Notes under the pieces: model-generated
Databases searched by the model: none
Told to the model about the DNA's origin: nothing
The model's input: the letters and a program-made list of their open reading frames with translations, nothing else
Position numbers and translations under genes: made by a program
Assembly: GCA_017499595.2 (NCBI GenBank)
Contig: CM039007.1
Span: 2,790,001 to 2,854,000, forward strand
Source of the DNA: Psilocybe cubensis
Lineage: Eukaryota
DNA: 64,000 bases
Direction: 5' to 3'
Shown here: in pieces, positions 60,481 to 64,000 of the stretch
How positions within the stretch are numbered: position 1 is the stretch's first letter
How the letters are laid out: every line of letters starts with the position of its first letter

Positions 60481-60893
60481 TTAAAAGAGACAGGCGCTCG
60501 TTGGATCACACCTAAATGACTTGGCACCCAGGCCAACCGCGACTTTTCTGCACTCGTTGGGACCGCTTAGCGTTGCTGCGATATACGACGTGCAGCCGTC
60601 TCCTTTGAAGTATCTGATGCAGTGGGTTCCCGGGCTCCCAGTCTGTCATAGTGCGTGGCAGTGGCATTAATAATAGGAAGTTAAAAAGTATTACTGCTGG
60701 AAGTGCTCACCAGAGTGGACTGCCTGCCGGTAAATTGATGACAACTGGAGTCACAGTTCACGATTGCGCCCATGTTACCATCGCAGTTTGGGCCGCTGAA
60801 AGCAGCAATTGCATTGCCTTTTAGAAGAGCCTGAGAAGGGAGACTCAAAGACAGGGCGAGGATGAGCGAGGACACGATTTTTGACGACATCAT
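60481..60893 (-). CDS. Small secreted Cys-rich protein (8 Cys, 2 exons)
   Basis: MMSSKIVSSLILALSLSLPSQA..AFSGPNCDG..NCDSSCHQF, intron, ..THCIRYFKGDGC..NECRKVAVGLGAKSFRCDPTSACLF*. Confidence 0.75.
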
Positions 60894-61633
60894 GGTGGGC
60901 AGAAGAATTTTAGTTTAGTGGGCAGTAGCCTTGGGAGGCCTAAACACAATGGGGCGTTTATAAAACCTGCAAGTAGCTGAAACTTTTTGCTTGAATGACT
61001 CGCGTAGCAGTTTCGCGTAGCACACGGCCGGGTTTCGAAGTGGGTTGGCGTTATAAGCCGACTCCTTGACGCCCGGAAGGATCCACAGTTCGGAGGCGCA
61101 TCCCTAGTAACTGTTTGCGATCAAATTTGGATCGCCATCGAAATGCGCCTTTTTGGCGGATCAGCGCAGTGGTTTCAATGCATGCGCCACTCTTCTGTCC
61201 TTGAATGTATTAGTTAGATGCTATCCCCACGCATTATTGACAAGCAAAAACACGTAAATAGGAATTTCTAGCCTGTAGACGAAAATTTGCTGACATAGGC
61301 TGACACTAAATGCAGAACTAGTCGGATGATCATGTTTATATTAATTTATATCGTGTTCCGGTGCAAGTATATAGTACCACTTATATAAGTGAAAAAGAGC
61401 TTTATCACAAGGAGGGATATCATAAATCTAATTGAAATAAAGGTATACTGTATGCAGGAATTACATCATGGTTGTAAGCTAATGAGTCGTTTCGTGATGC
61501 TGCGACAACGGCTTTGCAAAGATTGTTGTCGAGTACAATGAGTGTGAGATGATGGGTCGTAATACAATGGAAAAGTGATTCGTAAAGAGCAAAAAGAAAC
61601 AGTCTAAGGAGTATCGGACAAAGTAACAATTGC

Positions 61634-63330
61634 TCACTTCGAATAAGGAGGAAGTGATGAAGTCGACGAAGAATGGTGGAGTGACTTCTCTGAATCGTCC
61701 TTCTTGCGCCCTAGGTGGGCCTTTGCAAGCGGTCCCTTTTCAGACGAAGGGACAGGGGTTGGCTCAACGGTTGCCTGGGGTCGGTTGTGTGCCATGTGTG
61801 CTCTGATGAGATGGCCTGCAGCGAGAGCGCCGAGAAGAGAGAGTTCGCCAGCCATGACAGCAGCCGCGATGAGACGCGCGAGTCCTTGAGCGTTCTGCCC
61901 TGGGCTGGTGGGATGGGCACCTTTCAAGCCGAGCATCTCCAGGACGCTCTTTTGCGGCCCGAGAACTGTACCTCCACCAACGGTACCGACTTCAATGCAT
62001 GGCATGCTGACAGTCATAAGCAGATCCTCGCCGTCGTTGACACTGTTCATCATCCGCAAGAATTAGTCATGTGTTAAACTTGATGCAAAGAGAAGACACA
62101 TACGCTTCCATGAGAGTCATGCACATAGAGGATTCGACATTCTGCGCGGGATCCTGTCCAGTGGCCAAGAATATGGCAGTGAGAATGTTGGCTGCGTGAG
62201 CATTGAAACCTCCAATGGAACCGGCCATAGCACTTCCGATGAGGTTTTTCTTGGTGTTAAGGTTGACCAATGCCGAGACGGTGGTCTTCAAAACCGAGGT
62301 AACGACCTTGCCTGGAATGACAGCCTCAGCGACGACGCTCTTCCCTCGTCCTTCAATCCAGTTGATAGCGGCGGGCTTCTTATCCGTGCAATAGTTTCCG
62401 GAAAGTGCGAGGACGACCATGGTGGGGTAACGCTCTTGCATAACTTCCAAAGCCTTCTCGGTGCCCTTGGAGATCATGTTCATCCCCATCGCATCTCCGG
62501 TGGAAGTGGCGAACCGAACATAAAGTGTCCTTCCAGCCATTGCGGTCTTTAAGCTCTTCAATTTGGCGAAGCGGGATGTGCTCTCGAAGGCCTTCTTGAG
62601 TGTCGCATGACCCTCTTGAGAATCTATCCAGATTTTGGCGTCTGCCGCGTCGACGATGCTCGGGAAATCAATAGCGGGTCCACGGGTCATGCCGTCTTGA
62701 GTGAGAACAGTAGTAACCCCTCCTCCGGCATTGAGGGCTTTGCAGCCCCGCGAGGCAGATGCAACGAGGGTACCCTCGGCAGTGGCCATTGGAATAGGAT
62801 ACAGAGTACCGTCGATGTACAGAGGTCCTGCGATACCGAGTGGCAGAGGAATATATCCGACAACATTCTCGCAGCATGCACCGAGAACCTTGGAATAGTC
62901 GTAGTTCGACAACGGGATATCAGATGCCTCCAGGGTCTGCGTCGAAGAAGCACGAGCTATTGCAGCAATCACATCACAGAGTGAGATCACAAATCTAGCG
63001 AAATTAAAAGGAACAGAACTCACAGATCAACGCTCGCCTAATCCTGACTGCCCTCTCCAATTCATTCATACCCAGGACCTTCTCCAACGAGTAGGCAGCA
63101 ATCTTGCCACATTGTGCCAACATGATGACTTCTTCATCGTTCAATAGCGCCAATGATTCACTGACAGGGCGAGGTCCATTCTCGAAGATGTCAATGCACT
63201 GAGAAAGTGAGCGAACTTCATCAGTGACCGACTTGAGGTTTTCATTGCTATCCGCCGAGTACGATGTATCTGAGGAGTTGGAAGAGAAAGGAGGAGTAGA
63301 GAGGCGGAGAGTTCTAAGGCTGGAAAGCAT
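61634..63330 (-). CDS. HMG-CoA reductase (class I) catalytic region; N-terminal membrane domain not evident
   Basis: [54 protein letters not shown]; 3 exons, about 530 aa from the ATG at 63330. Confidence 0.9.
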
Positions 63331-64000
63331 ATTAACGATGGATATATATGGAGTTGGTGTTACTCTGAAATGTAGGCTGAGGCGGAAGTACGAATGGACG
63401 ACGATAGAAAGGTGGCTCGAAAGTTGGATTTATGAAATGCGCTGAAGAAAGATGTGTGTGGGTACTCTAGGAAGATACCAGGCTTGAATGGAAGGGGGGA
63501 GCGGTGTCGACATTTCAATCTAATGTTCTCGTTTTATTCAAACCAGAAACCCACTGTAAACCTCAAAACATATCGAGAGGACCCCAGAACCGATTTCCAA
63601 ACGGGGAGTTCAACGCCGGGACCCGGACAACACTCCTCCCATTTCTGTACCAGGGGCTCGGTTAGGCGTTCGGGGGAGGGGAGAAAGCCTCACAGAGGGC
63701 TTGTGTGGGCCATTCTTCAGTCTCTCACCGCAGTCTTCTATCAATATCTATATGTGCCCGAATTTTGCATTGCCCATCTTTAATTCCATCTGGTGGAGCA
63801 CCTGTTTGTCGTCTCAACAACATGGAAAGGTTTTCGTTTTAAATTCATCGTGGACTCGGAGTCCTTCAAATAGTGATAGAGTTATAGATAAAGCCGGATA
63901 TAAACATGAGTTCTGGAAAATATATTCAGATATTTCAACTGAGGCATAAAATACAACTAGAGAAAGTGTCGCCGTCGATCTCAGGTTGATACAATCACCG

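Noticed and set aside
61107-61145. Short palindrome GCGATCAAATTTGGATCGC upstream of the Cys-rich gene
   Set aside because: Too short and imperfect to distinguish from chance.

Overview
Intron-rich eukaryotic DNA from a fungus; gene content and splice signals point to an agaricomycete basidiomycete (inference). Positions 1-11395 look like the right part of a large CACTG-terminated (CACTA/CMC-like) DNA transposon whose left end and transposase are not in the window. It carries a divergent Spt5-like NGN-KOW gene, a small coiled-coil gene and a DUF6532-like gene. A perfect 195-bp palindrome separates these from an oppositely oriented gene, which is itself interrupted by a 2.76-kb foldback element. 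The rest of the window is ordinary host genes: Rtt106-like, HEM4, CTP1-like carrier, DUF6533, GH5 exo-glucanase, F-box, BTB-like, Trk, ANK/SEC-C/MYND, ADE13, KRE6, a GPI protein, an SNF2-RING helicase and an apparently membrane-domain-less HMG-CoA reductase. Interspersed are two 664-bp CACTG MITEs with 3-bp TSDs (one nested in another CAC..GTG element) and three duplicated loci holding five copies of a beta/gamma-crystallin-like small secreted protein gene. Gene models and alignments were done by eye, and no database searches were run.
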